The notes below the pieces were generated by a model. That model searched no databases, was not told where the DNA came from, and saw only the letters and a list, made by a program, of their open reading frames with translations. Shown one piece after another: positions 31,801-39,936 of a stretch of DNA of 64,000 nucleotides. Source of the stretch: an uncultured Candidatus Saccharibacteria bacterium (GTDB lineage: Bacteria > Patescibacteriota > Minisyncoccia > UBA6257 > JACOXY01); contig CAYHMC010000002.1 in NCBI GenBank assembly GCA_964357615.1, positions 71,481 to 135,480 on the forward strand, written 5' to 3'. Within the stretch, counting starts at the first letter, position 1, and each line of letters starts with the position of its first letter. The position numbers and the translations under genes were made by a program.

Positions 31801-32253
31801 GACGCTACCTGCTACTGCTACATATTTAGCTCGAGAAATCGAACCAAAATAACCAACTGCTGGTGCTACTCCATTTGCAGCCTGCCATGCGGCAACTGCG
31901 GCTTTGGTTTTTGCACCAAAGTATGAAGATTCATTGCCAGGAGAACCAGCTCCTGTTACCGAGACTTTAAATCCGGCTCCATTTAAATACTTTTGTAAGC
32001 ACATAACATCGCTTCCTGTAGAACCCACGGTGAGGGCGCGGGTAAAGTTACAAGCTGCGGCTGCTACTGATGCTCCGCCTCCAAGCTGTGCCTGTAAAGC
32101 TGCAATCTGAGCCAAAAGTGCTGTAATTTGAGCTTGAAGATCCGCAGGTGTTTGACCATGCGCAACCGGCAAGAGCATTACTGCGCCCGAGAGCCAGATA
32201 GTAGTAGTTACAGAAAGCACAGCCGATAAGGCTTTACTTTTCGTTTTACTCAT
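28828..32253 (-). CDS. Large secreted Ser/Thr/Val-rich surface protein with N-terminal peptidoglycan-binding domain
   Basis: Signal peptide MSKTKSKALSAVLSVTTTIWLSGAVMLLPVAHG-Q, coiled segment, PG_binding_1-like motif (MCLQKYLNGAGF...AAVAAWQAANGV), then ~950 aa of T/S/V/G-rich beta-type repeats. Start chosen at second ATG (32253). Confidence 0.7.
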   Translation of the reverse strand: MSKTKSKALSAVLSVTTTIWLSGAVMLLPVAHGQTPADLQAQITALLAQIAALQAQLGGGASVAAAACNFTRALTVGSTGSDVMCLQKYLNGAGFKVSVTGAGSPGNESSYFGAKTKAAVAAWQAANGVAPAVGYFGSISRAKYVAVAGSVVVTPTPGTTPVPGTNLSLMVASDNPMSATVPKGASAVSVLKFNVMGNGVLNGLTFKRTGIGANSDVSNVYLYEGATRLTSGRSINSTTNEVSFINLALSVSGTRTLWLAIDVASAATAGNEHTFQLSASDGTPSISGTLMGNVMKIGGQTSGVATTTIVASALSSSTVGASNVQVAEFKITVSGAEDINVESIAMTQGGSISNANLSSFVLKQNDVTVATAASIGAKDLVTLVLASPLKIEKGQNKTFKLYANVAGTARSGDQIKMYFDASSDIKAKGLTYGFNIMNDISNLDSSSEAQTVELKGGDVTITFNGPISGDVAVNATDVELFNFTIATKNSIEIRNWRVDASTTNLISGEGFNDLKIWDTSNNSVVTSAVDISGNVTSTNQVFTDVFTMAAGTSKTFKITADIDPQNDNGDTITVKLAAFGASDIKNLDNNQFVATGAIVPSTNISGNQHTVQTPALEVQLSSDPSSQTLVQGSANKNLVGISLRATADTVKVSSIKIKASSTTGTLTSGEVTNLKLYDGDTQIGDTKSLDSSDLTATFNGLNLSIAKGETKTLVVKGSISNDMTDTDVFVVKISDITTDVSAVDSNGNTVTPSGTNPNGVQTVLVTVTTVGNVTVVKAADNSDSEAGLVMAGQEVILANFKFDTTNEDMTVNKLHILVSSSTSQTATTTATTDDVTAIKLFVGSTQIGATSGYSVQASGASSSIAIVENLGMVITKDVSKVLTVKGVIPAIGQSGSGADFGTNLYAHIMAAGFEAQGQTAKDVSISAASGNQKIVYKTKPTLSVSGSGLDTLGVGSKKIIKFTVAANGSGQVAWKKVQLKISVTGASITAATSANVFIRRTTGSQTNLTLASAFMATSETGATSTQTLDPQNGTTGYLTIVLSSAEEIAAGSSQEYVVLADVSGIVGGTATAAVSTNLHRAETTATTGTYGDIALTSGAHDASDSFVWSDYSVSAHTELTADWANSVLVQQLPSDSVTITR

Positions 32254-32468
32254 GTTTTTTCTTAAATTTATATAATTAATTATTTTAACGACTAATATTG
32301 GGAAAGTTATGCGCAACTTGTACCGACCTGCCGCCTAGCTCGTACCCCGCCTTTGTGAGGTAAAGCGGGTCGCCCCTTAAGGGCGAGCTACCTTATTTCT
32401 CCCTTAAGCAGGGAGGAGGTAGATGGCTGGCAAACAAGAACTCATAACTGTAATAACTTGAAAAATAT

Positions 32469-32497
32469 AAAAGGTCTCGCTTTTTGGCGAGACCTTT
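32469..32497. terminator. Perfect hairpin AAAGGTCTCGC-TTTTTG-GCGAGACCTTT with T-rich flanks (bidirectional terminator candidate)
   Basis: Read directly. T/A runs on both sides. Confidence 0.45.
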
Positions 32498-32840
32498 ATT
32501 GGTAAATAGCTTACAACAAAACACAAATAAAATAATACTTTTGTTTTGTTACTAGCTATTTACAAACTATTGGGCCTCACCCCAAGCGTACCAATTGGTA
32601 ATTTTTTAAGATAACCAACTTGTACTAAAATCTTCACATTTAAGTGAAAATAATACCTTTGTGCAAGTAGTATATACGATTTTTTTCTGTCAATCAAGTG
32701 GGAATTAATTTGAATAATTTCCACCCAAAAAGACAAAACAAACCAGCATAATACTTGCTACACTATATATAACGAGCAAAACTGCATTAAGTTACATAAT
32801 CGCATGCTTTCTAATGCCCAATTTACCACTATAACAAAGA

Positions 32841-33578
32841 CTACTTGATAAGATCTCTAGCAATAAAACTTTTCTTTATTGTATAGAAACTTGCTGGACC
32901 ACCACTACCAACTCGCTCTAAAATATGCTTATCTGTGAGTTTTTGTAAATCATACCTAAGCGTTCTTTCGCTTACATTTGGAAATGAGGCAATTATATCT
33001 TTCATTGCCGCTTTGCCTAATTCGGCAACCTTACCAGCAATAAGTTCTTGCCTATTTGAACTTTGCCCCATTGCCTGATTCGAACTTGCATCAGAATCGA
33101 TACTTTGCTTATCATTGCTATTTGCATCACTAAAAATTCTTGCCTCATTATCTGAAGTAGGTAACTTCCTGTTAGTAAACATTCTATCTAAGCCAGTAGA
33201 AGATTTGATTGAATTATTAGAATTAAATGACTGGGGTGTATCCTTAATATGTTTTTCATAATCACCTGAAAAAATATCCTCTATGGCTAATTCTAGTCTT
33301 TTCCTTTCCTTATCCTCAAGAATTAGTTTCCTTAAATTTTCAAACTGTTTATGCAAAATTTGTCCTGAATAATATTCGATTTCCCCTATTTCTTCAGAAA
33401 GAAAAACTAATTGCTCAATTATAGTTAATGCCTTTAGGGTTGCTTCAATATCTAAGTTTGCAGAAACTTCTAAAAGATAAACACTATTAGCCTCAATGCG
33501 ACTACGAATATCTTTTTGCTTGATATTCTGACTAACTCTAAATAACGCATGTGAAATTTGTAAAATAAGCTTAATCAT
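32841..33578 (-). CDS. Putative transcriptional regulator with C-terminal DeoR-type HTH
   Basis: C-terminal VSERTLRYDLQKLTDKHILERVG matches DeoR HTH pattern. Middle is Q/S/N-rich low complexity. Confidence 0.45.
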   Translation of the reverse strand: MIKLILQISHALFRVSQNIKQKDIRSRIEANSVYLLEVSANLDIEATLKALTIIEQLVFLSEEIGEIEYYSGQILHKQFENLRKLILEDKERKRLELAIEDIFSGDYEKHIKDTPQSFNSNNSIKSSTGLDRMFTNRKLPTSDNEARIFSDANSNDKQSIDSDASSNQAMGQSSNRQELIAGKVAELGKAAMKDIIASFPNVSERTLRYDLQKLTDKHILERVGSGGPASFYTIKKSFIARDLIK

Positions 33579-33743
33579 TGGTTACAGACTACAAAAATGA
33601 GGCAATCATTGCAAGCCCCATTAGAAATAGGACGCAAACGCAAAAAGCGCTGTTCTTGATATTGTAATTAGATACATATTAAGCCCCTTATATTTTCCAT
33701 AAATTTTATTATGCGTCCGCAATTTCTAACGGGGCAAGCCCCG

Positions 33744-33781
33744 TAAAAAATAGGCAATCCTTAAGTCTCTGGATTGCCTAT
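33744..33781 (-). terminator. Rho-independent terminator for 33804-34547 gene
   Basis: 11-bp perfect stem ATAGGCAATCC/GGATTGCCTAT followed by T-run on minus strand. Confidence 0.5.
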
Positions 33782-33803
33782 TTGGCGCAAGAAAGTAGAT
33801 TTT

Positions 33804-34547
33804 TTAATTTTTTAGAGTTAATTCTTCACTTCTTGTATTTATTACTTCTCGAGGTAGCGGAGAATTGTTTTCGAAAATAAAATATAGCGAGTTAATTAAA
33901 AAAAATGTAGCAGTTAATAAAATTGTAGAGGTAATCAAAGAAAATGGTGCGTAGGTAAATGCCCATATTAATTCTGTAAGCAAATAAGTAATAATTAAAG
34001 TTGATAACGAAAGGTTGATTGATGAATAGTTATCGTCTTTAAATTGTAAAATTGAGCGACTAAGAATAAATGTAGCAATTGCAAATGGTAGTAAATAAAA
34101 AATTATAACTCCTAGGGCAAGCGACCATAATACTAAAAAGGTTGTGATTAAAAATGTTAGTGTTGTAGCTATAAGACAAACTTCTCTTCTTCTAATAAAA
34201 AACAACTCTTTGATTCCAAGGATAAAGAAAAACAACAGGCCAAAAAGAAACATAAAAATTAGGTGGAAAATGCTTACCAGATTTTCAATTGACGAATCTT
34301 TAATTCCAGATACAAGCCAAATTTCTGAAATTTTTGTTAATACCACTAGCACTAAATAGAAAGCGAAAAAATTGTATGGCCATATTTGCGATTTAAAAAA
34401 AATAAAAAAAGCTACAACTGCAAATAACCACCAAGGAACAAAAAACCAAAGTGCCGAGAGACCAAAAGACCTACATAAAAGCGATAGGGTAGTACGGCTT
34501 AGAATAAACCTAAAAAAATTTAATACAGACTTGGGGTATTTGCTCAC
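33804..34547 (-). CDS. Hypothetical polytopic membrane protein
   Basis: 247 aa, 6-7 hydrophobic helices. Confidence 0.45.
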   Translation of the reverse strand: MSKYPKSVLNFFRFILSRTTLSLLCRSFGLSALWFFVPWWLFAVVAFFIFFKSQIWPYNFFAFYLVLVVLTKISEIWLVSGIKDSSIENLVSIFHLIFMFLFGLLFFFILGIKELFFIRRREVCLIATTLTFLITTFLVLWSLALGVIIFYLLPFAIATFILSRSILQFKDDNYSSINLSLSTLIITYLLTELIWAFTYAPFSLITSTILLTATFFLINSLYFIFENNSPLPREVINTRSEELTLKN

Positions 34548-34602
34548 TTGTATAAGTATTTATCCGTATAAAGAAAACAACTCAACTAAGATTAGTGGAT
34601 TA

Positions 34603-37260
34603 TCATTTACCAATTACCAATGCATTTTCTTTAAAGTTAATTTTGACTTTATCTCCATCCTGCACTTCTCCTTTTATAATCTTATCAGCTAATTTATCTA
34701 AAATAGTTTTTTGTATAAGGCGTTTTACTGGGCGGGCACCATACTCTGGATCAAAACCTTCTTCCGCAAGGTATTTTTTAGCATCACTGCCAATAACTAA
34801 TTTAATATTTTTAACTTCGAGTCTTTTGCGAACCAAATCTAGCTGTATTTCTACAATTTTTTGTAAATCTAGTGGGGTTAGTGGATTAAAGATAATTATT
34901 TCATCAATTCTATTCAAAAATTCTGGTCTAAAATTATCTTTTAGTGAAACTAAAATTTTATCTTTATATTCCTCTTCTTCAGACTGTAGTTTTGTCTCTT
35001 CCTCTGAAAGAGAAAATCCAATATTTGACATCGCTCGTGTAATTTCTGAACCAACATTTGATGTCATTATAATAATAGAGTTCTTGAAGTTTACAGCCTT
35101 TCCCTTGCTGTCAGTTAGACGACCATTGTCTAAAACTTGAAGCAAAATGTTAAAAACCTCTGGATGCGCTTTTTCAATTTCATCAAAGAGTATAAGAGAA
35201 TATGGTTTATGCCTTACAATTTCAGTTAAATGCCCACCCTCTTCGTGACCAATATATCCGGGTGGAGACCCAATCAACTTAGAAACGGCGTGACGCTCCA
35301 TGAACTCTGACATATCAACTCTTACCAAAGCTTTTTCATCATTAAACATAAACTCTGCCAAACCTCTTGCGAGTTCAGTTTTTCCTACTCCGGTTGGACC
35401 GAGAAACATAAATGAGCCTAGCGGTTTATTTTCGTCTGATAACCCTGCTCTTGAGCGTCTTAGAGCGCTCGCAACTGCACCGATTGCCTCATCTTGACCA
35501 ACAACGCGACCACGAAGCACATCTTCGATGCGAATAAGTTTTTCAGCCTCTGATTCAAGCATTCGGGACATTGGAATTCCGGTCCAGCGAGATACGACAG
35601 AAGCGATATCCTCTTCTTTAACAGCTTCTTTTAAAAATTTTTCGTTTTTACCACCAACTCCAAAATGCTTCCTTTCGAAAACCGAGAGATCTTTTTCTGA
35701 TTGAGGCAACTCGCCATAAAGAACTTCTGCCATGCGCTCTAGATTACCTTCTCTCTCCGCTGTTTCTGCATCACGCTTTAGATTTTCGATTTTACTCTTT
35801 AATTCATGGAGGTGTTCGAAACTAATTTTTTCGGCATGCCACCTCGCAGATAAATCATCATTTTCTTCTTTGATTTTTCTTAATTCTTTATCAATCTCCT
35901 TAACTCTTTTATCATTTTCTTTAGTTTTTATATTAGAACCAGTGGTACCCTTGCCTTCCTGCGTTATCGCTTGTCGCTCTACTTCAAGCTTCATTATGGA
36001 TTTCCTAACTTTTTCTATTTCAGAAGGCAAACTTTCGGTTTCAATTCGAAGGGCGGCGGCGGCCTCATCAATTAAATCAACGGCTTTGTCTGGCAAAAAT
36101 CTGTCGCTAATATAGCGAGATGATAAATTAACTGCAGCCACTATGGCCTCATCAGTAATGCGAATTCCATGATGAATCTCATATTTTTCTTTTAGGCCAC
36201 GAAGAATAGTTACAGCATCTTCTGTTGTTGGTTCTTCAACCACAATGGGAGCAAAACGACGCTCAAGTGCAGGGTCTTTTTCTATGTGTCTCTGATATTC
36301 TCTGGTTGTGGTTGCGCCAATTGCATGAAGCTCACCTCTTGCAAGTGGTGGCTTAAGCAAATTAGAAGCGTCCACTGCACCTTCGGCGGAACCTGCGCCG
36401 ACTATCATATGAATTTCATCTATAAACAAAATAATTCTTCCAGCTGAATTTTGAATTTCTTTCATAAATGCTTTCAGTCTATCTTCAAATTCACCTCTAA
36501 ATTTTGTTCCCGCTATAAGCGAACCCAAATCTAGCATTACAATTTCTTTTCCTTTTAGTGGCTCTGGAACATCGCCAGAAATAATTCTTTGAGCTAAGCC
36601 CTCTACAATTGCAGTTTTTCCAACGCCTGGCTCTCCAATTAAAACTGGATTATTTTTTGTGCGCCTAGATAAAACTTGAATAACACGACGAAGTTCTTCG
36701 TCGCGACCGATTACTGGGTCTAATTTTCCATCTTTAGCCATCTTTGTTAAATTAACGGCATACTTTTCTAAAACTTGGAATTTTGATTCTGGGGTTTCGT
36801 CGGTTACACGCATTGAGCCACGAAGCTGGGCTAGTGTTCGCAAAATTGCATCTTTTTTTACTCCAAATTTTTCCAAAAGCACTTTTGTTGCGCTAGATAC
36901 TTCGACAAGAGCTAAAAGAAGATGTTCGCAAGAAATATATTCGTCTTTTTGTTGAGCGGCAATTTTTGCGGCAGTGTCGAGCACTCGCATTAACTCTTGC
37001 GACAGATAAAGTTGCCCAATGTTTGAACTAGAGAGTATTTTTGGTAATTTTTTTATTTCTAACTCAATTTCTTGGTGCAAAACTTCGATATTTATACCTT
37101 GCCTAACCAATATTGGCTGTACTAAAGACTGACTGTCGACAACCAATGCGGCCAAAAGATGCAGGGGCTTTAACTCTCCCTGATTTTCAGCCGAAGCTAA
37201 GTCTTGTGCATTTTGCAGTGCTTCTTGAGCTTTTATTGTGAAACGATGAAAATTTGGCAT
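34603..37260 (-). CDS. clpB: ATP-dependent chaperone ClpB
   Basis: Two AAA+ modules (GEPGVGKT, GPTGVGKT), coiled-coil middle domain, Clp N domain. Confidence 0.95.
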   Translation of the reverse strand: MPNFHRFTIKAQEALQNAQDLASAENQGELKPLHLLAALVVDSQSLVQPILVRQGINIEVLHQEIELEIKKLPKILSSSNIGQLYLSQELMRVLDTAAKIAAQQKDEYISCEHLLLALVEVSSATKVLLEKFGVKKDAILRTLAQLRGSMRVTDETPESKFQVLEKYAVNLTKMAKDGKLDPVIGRDEELRRVIQVLSRRTKNNPVLIGEPGVGKTAIVEGLAQRIISGDVPEPLKGKEIVMLDLGSLIAGTKFRGEFEDRLKAFMKEIQNSAGRIILFIDEIHMIVGAGSAEGAVDASNLLKPPLARGELHAIGATTTREYQRHIEKDPALERRFAPIVVEEPTTEDAVTILRGLKEKYEIHHGIRITDEAIVAAVNLSSRYISDRFLPDKAVDLIDEAAAALRIETESLPSEIEKVRKSIMKLEVERQAITQEGKGTTGSNIKTKENDKRVKEIDKELRKIKEENDDLSARWHAEKISFEHLHELKSKIENLKRDAETAEREGNLERMAEVLYGELPQSEKDLSVFERKHFGVGGKNEKFLKEAVKEEDIASVVSRWTGIPMSRMLESEAEKLIRIEDVLRGRVVGQDEAIGAVASALRRSRAGLSDENKPLGSFMFLGPTGVGKTELARGLAEFMFNDEKALVRVDMSEFMERHAVSKLIGSPPGYIGHEEGGHLTEIVRHKPYSLILFDEIEKAHPEVFNILLQVLDNGRLTDSKGKAVNFKNSIIIMTSNVGSEITRAMSNIGFSLSEEETKLQSEEEEYKDKILVSLKDNFRPEFLNRIDEIIIFNPLTPLDLQKIVEIQLDLVRKRLEVKNIKLVIGSDAKKYLAEEGFDPEYGARPVKRLIQKTILDKLADKIIKGEVQDGDKVKINFKENALVIGK

Positions 37261-37267
37261 ATATTTA

Positions 37268-37588
37268 TTAACTTTGTTTTTTGTTTATAAATTTTGATAT
37301 TAACCATCCTATTAAATACAGAATAGCTAAATTTACCACTATAGTCACTGTAGCCATCGGTATGAGAATTGCTTCTGATGTTGCGGTAGGCTCGAAGAAA
37401 AATGCTAGCAAAAACCACCACACACCACTCAAACCCCAAGGCCAAAATGCTACTGGCCAAAAACCAAAACAGTCAAAGCCTATACAGGGAGGGGAATTGT
37501 AGTATAAAACAAAAACTACCGACAATAAGAAGGGATAAATAATACAAAATCCTATTCCTATTTTGGATAATTTCATTATATTCTTCAA
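37268..37588 (-). CDS. Small hypothetical membrane protein upstream of clpB
   Basis: 106 aa, 3 TM segments. Confidence 0.35.
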   Translation of the reverse strand: MKNIMKLSKIGIGFCIIYPFLLSVVFVLYYNSPPCIGFDCFGFWPVAFWPWGLSGVWWFLLAFFFEPTATSEAILIPMATVTIVVNLAILYLIGWLISKFINKKQS

Positions 37589-37743
37589 AAATCAATTAAA
37601 TATTAGCTTACTTCTCTATTATATCATAAATTTAGCTTTTCCTCAATAGATATAACGATAAATAGATTAAAAAATTACGAAAAAAAACAAATCTATTTGG
37701 CTACTAAAGACTTATGCAATCAAAAAAGAGATTTTTCTACAGC

Positions 37744-38313
37744 TTAAAAAAGCGTCTGGGGAATTACTGATTCAGAAAGGTTAAAAGAAGCTTTGATTGC
37801 CGCGCCAGTAACCCTGTGCGGAACAACTAAATACCCATCTTGTTTAGCCAGTTCATATAATTCTTTTGTAATTTTCACATCATTTAAGCAATAAGATTCT
37901 AATTTATCCCAATTTCCTTCATTATAAAATTTTATTGCTTCAAGGCCGTGGCTGGTTTTTCCAACCCCCAAATTAACTTGAGCCAATCTATCGAGCCCTA
38001 TGCGCCAACCAACACTCATTTCTATTTCTTCTAATAAATCAATCCTTGGAATTGTCCATAAATCAAAGTCTACATATTTATTTAAAACTGGAATATCAAA
38101 CCGATTAACCGCAAATCCCACGATACAACCTACATTTTTTAAAAATTCCCCTAATTCTTTTAATTGTGTCTCGCGAAATGAAAAATTTTTCCCCTCTGCA
38201 TAAGAATATAAACCAACAAAAGAAACCTCTAATTTATTGAGGTTATCCCTACCGCCAACCTCCGCAAAGGAATTTTTAGTTTCTATGTCTAATACAACTG
38301 TATCTTTAATCAT
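37744..38313 (-). CDS. DEDD-family 3'-5' exonuclease (RNase H-like fold)
   Basis: VLDIETKN (exo I), NRFDIPVL (exo II), H...YCLNDV (exo III) motifs. Confidence 0.55.
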   Translation of the reverse strand: MIKDTVVLDIETKNSFAEVGGRDNLNKLEVSFVGLYSYAEGKNFSFRETQLKELGEFLKNVGCIVGFAVNRFDIPVLNKYVDFDLWTIPRIDLLEEIEMSVGWRIGLDRLAQVNLGVGKTSHGLEAIKFYNEGNWDKLESYCLNDVKITKELYELAKQDGYLVVPHRVTGAAIKASFNLSESVIPQTLF

Positions 38314-38340
38314 AAGTTAAAGTTTTCAAATAATTTATTG

Positions 38341-38820
38341 CTAAACATGCCTATCGGCTACAGAGCTTGCGGCATAACTATCTGGTTTAGTTTTAGCTTC
38401 AAAGTTATGGGCCCTTATCATACCAACCACTTCTTGCAACATAGCTTTTGTCGCTCCATTTTCGCCGATGTCAGCGTGAATTTCAAAATCATAATTTTTG
38501 ACATTGGCTAGCTTTAATTCGCTAAGTACTTCTTTAGCAACTTCAAGAGAAAGTAAAACTTCATTTATAATGCGGTCGCGAAGCGTGTAAAATTTTTGAA
38601 GGTCTAATCGTCTCCAAAAATAGCGCCCACCATTACCTACGCGATGCACTACTATCGCCGTTACAAAGTCTGCATTATTGTCGCGAAGTTGAAGAGAATC
38701 TGACCCAATAATGATTTTATACCTAAAGCGCTCATCGGCCTTCATGAAGTTTATTACCTCATGCACGACGCCTCTTGCATCAAGCTTTAGGCCAAATGAA
38801 GTGTTGAAAAGTTTCTGCAT
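38341..38820 (-). CDS. Hypothetical protein, possibly RNase H-like YkuK/DUF458 family
   Basis: 159 aa. Weak resemblance only (IIGSDS motif). Confidence 0.4.
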   Translation of the reverse strand: MQKLFNTSFGLKLDARGVVHEVINFMKADERFRYKIIIGSDSLQLRDNNADFVTAIVVHRVGNGGRYFWRRLDLQKFYTLRDRIINEVLLSLEVAKEVLSELKLANVKNYDFEIHADIGENGATKAMLQEVVGMIRAHNFEAKTKPDSYAASSVADRHV

Positions 38821-38875
38821 TAAAATTACGATACTCTAGTTTGAACAGAAAATCAAATTTAGTCACAAGTAAGAG

Positions 38876-39017
38876 ATGGGGACTTTGCAAATAAAAACAC
38901 GCTATGCAAAACCCCAGCGTGGTTTTGCCACTCGCTCTCGGCCTCGCTCTTCTCACTTGCGTTCGAAACCATGCCTACTTCGGCCTGCGAGACGGTTTTT
39001 ATTTGCAAGGTCCCCAT
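38876..39017 (+). ncRNA. Candidate structured RNA or MITE-like element: 23-bp terminal inverted repeats enclosing ~96-nt GC-rich core
   Basis: ATGGGGACTTTGCAAATAAAAAC ... GTTTTTATTTGCAAGGTCCCCAT. The single mismatch is U-G on plus strand (A-C on minus), favouring plus-strand RNA. Internal GCAAAACC/GGTTTTGC hairpin. Confidence 0.3.
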
Positions 39018-39039
39018 ATCAATCAACTATTTATTTAAA

Positions 39040-39063
39040 TAAAAAAACCGCGATTGTCGCGGT
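39040..39063 (-). terminator. Rho-independent terminator for 39083-39622 gene
   Basis: ACCGCGA-TTG-TCGCGGT hairpin followed by T7 run on minus strand. Confidence 0.5.
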
Positions 39064-39082
39064 GAAATAAATTTGGTATTGA

Positions 39083-39622
39083 TTACCAAGACTCATAATC
39101 AGAAATATCAAATTCTGAGCCACACGAGCAAGTAACATCAATTTTAGTTCCAATTCCAGTGTTGGTAAATTTATACTTGAGATTAGCCCTCTCGATCGGA
39201 TCACTATTTGCCAGATTTATATTTTTACAACTTTTTTTTCTAATATGATCATTTAGTTTTCGTCTTAAATTAGAAAGTTCTTTGTCGGAAATATTAAAGT
39301 TCGAAGTTTCATCTTTGCCACTCGAAATATCCAATATTTTTTTACATTTACATACAATCTCTACTTTCCTAGTCGCTTTATTAGGATCAGTAAATATATA
39401 TTCGAGATTAGCTCCATCAGCCGGATTTTTCATCCTTCTATCTATATGCCTGCATCCATCTTTAACTGAATGATCTTCTAATGCTCTAATCAGGTTACTA
39501 GCCTCGATGTTAGTGAGGAAAAGTTGAAGTGCCATATTCTTTTTTCCCTTCTTAAATACTGCGCTAAATTTAGCATTCAAAAAAATAAAGTCAATCCCGT
39601 TAGAAACAGCGATTGTCTTCAA
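39083..39622 (-). CDS. Hypothetical protein with tandem-duplicated Cys/His (putative zinc-binding) domain
   Basis: Two ~60-aa repeats, each SNLxRxLxDH...C...ANLxYxFT...VxCxC...DIS. Confidence 0.5.
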   Translation of the reverse strand: MKTIAVSNGIDFIFLNAKFSAVFKKGKKNMALQLFLTNIEASNLIRALEDHSVKDGCRHIDRRMKNPADGANLEYIFTDPNKATRKVEIVCKCKKILDISSGKDETSNFNISDKELSNLRRKLNDHIRKKSCKNINLANSDPIERANLKYKFTNTGIGTKIDVTCSCGSEFDISDYESW

Positions 39623-39718
39623 TTTGCGCGAAAAATGTTTTCTGTGAGTAAGTTAAAATCTTGTGTAGAAATTATTTAACATATAACCCCAATCGCGATT
39701 TATTTCTAACGGGACAAA

Positions 39719-39775
39719 GAAAAAAGCCTCGGCGCGTGATGCATGCGCCGAGGCGAAATGGGCCCTGGAGGATTC
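39719..39775. repeat. Direct-repeat copy of tRNA-Met 3' end (16 nt) plus its downstream terminator-like flank
   Basis: AAAAAAGCCTCG...CGAGGCGAAATGGGCCCTGGAGGATTC recurs at 39901-39957, where it continues into the intact tRNA. Confidence 0.5.
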
Positions 39776-39936
39776 CTTCGCTTCGCTCATAGAACCTGTC
39801 GCTCGCTTCACGCTCGCTCTTTGAAACCCATCGGTTTCAATTCTTCCGCATAGGGGAAACTCCCGTTTCCCCTACCCCCTTCCCAGGTTCGAATCATATA
39901 AAAAAAGCCTCGATGCGCGTACGCACCGAGGCGAAA

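Noticed and set aside
29028-32110. Several 60-72-aa plus-strand ORFs inside the surface-protein gene
   Set aside because: Antisense to a 3.4-kb ORF with strong compositional signal. Likely chance ORFs from moderate-GC repeat DNA.
38876-39070. 64-aa ORF MGTLQIKTRY... across the IR-bounded element
   Set aside because: Arg-rich translation of a GC-rich hairpin region with no RBS. Better explained as a structured element.
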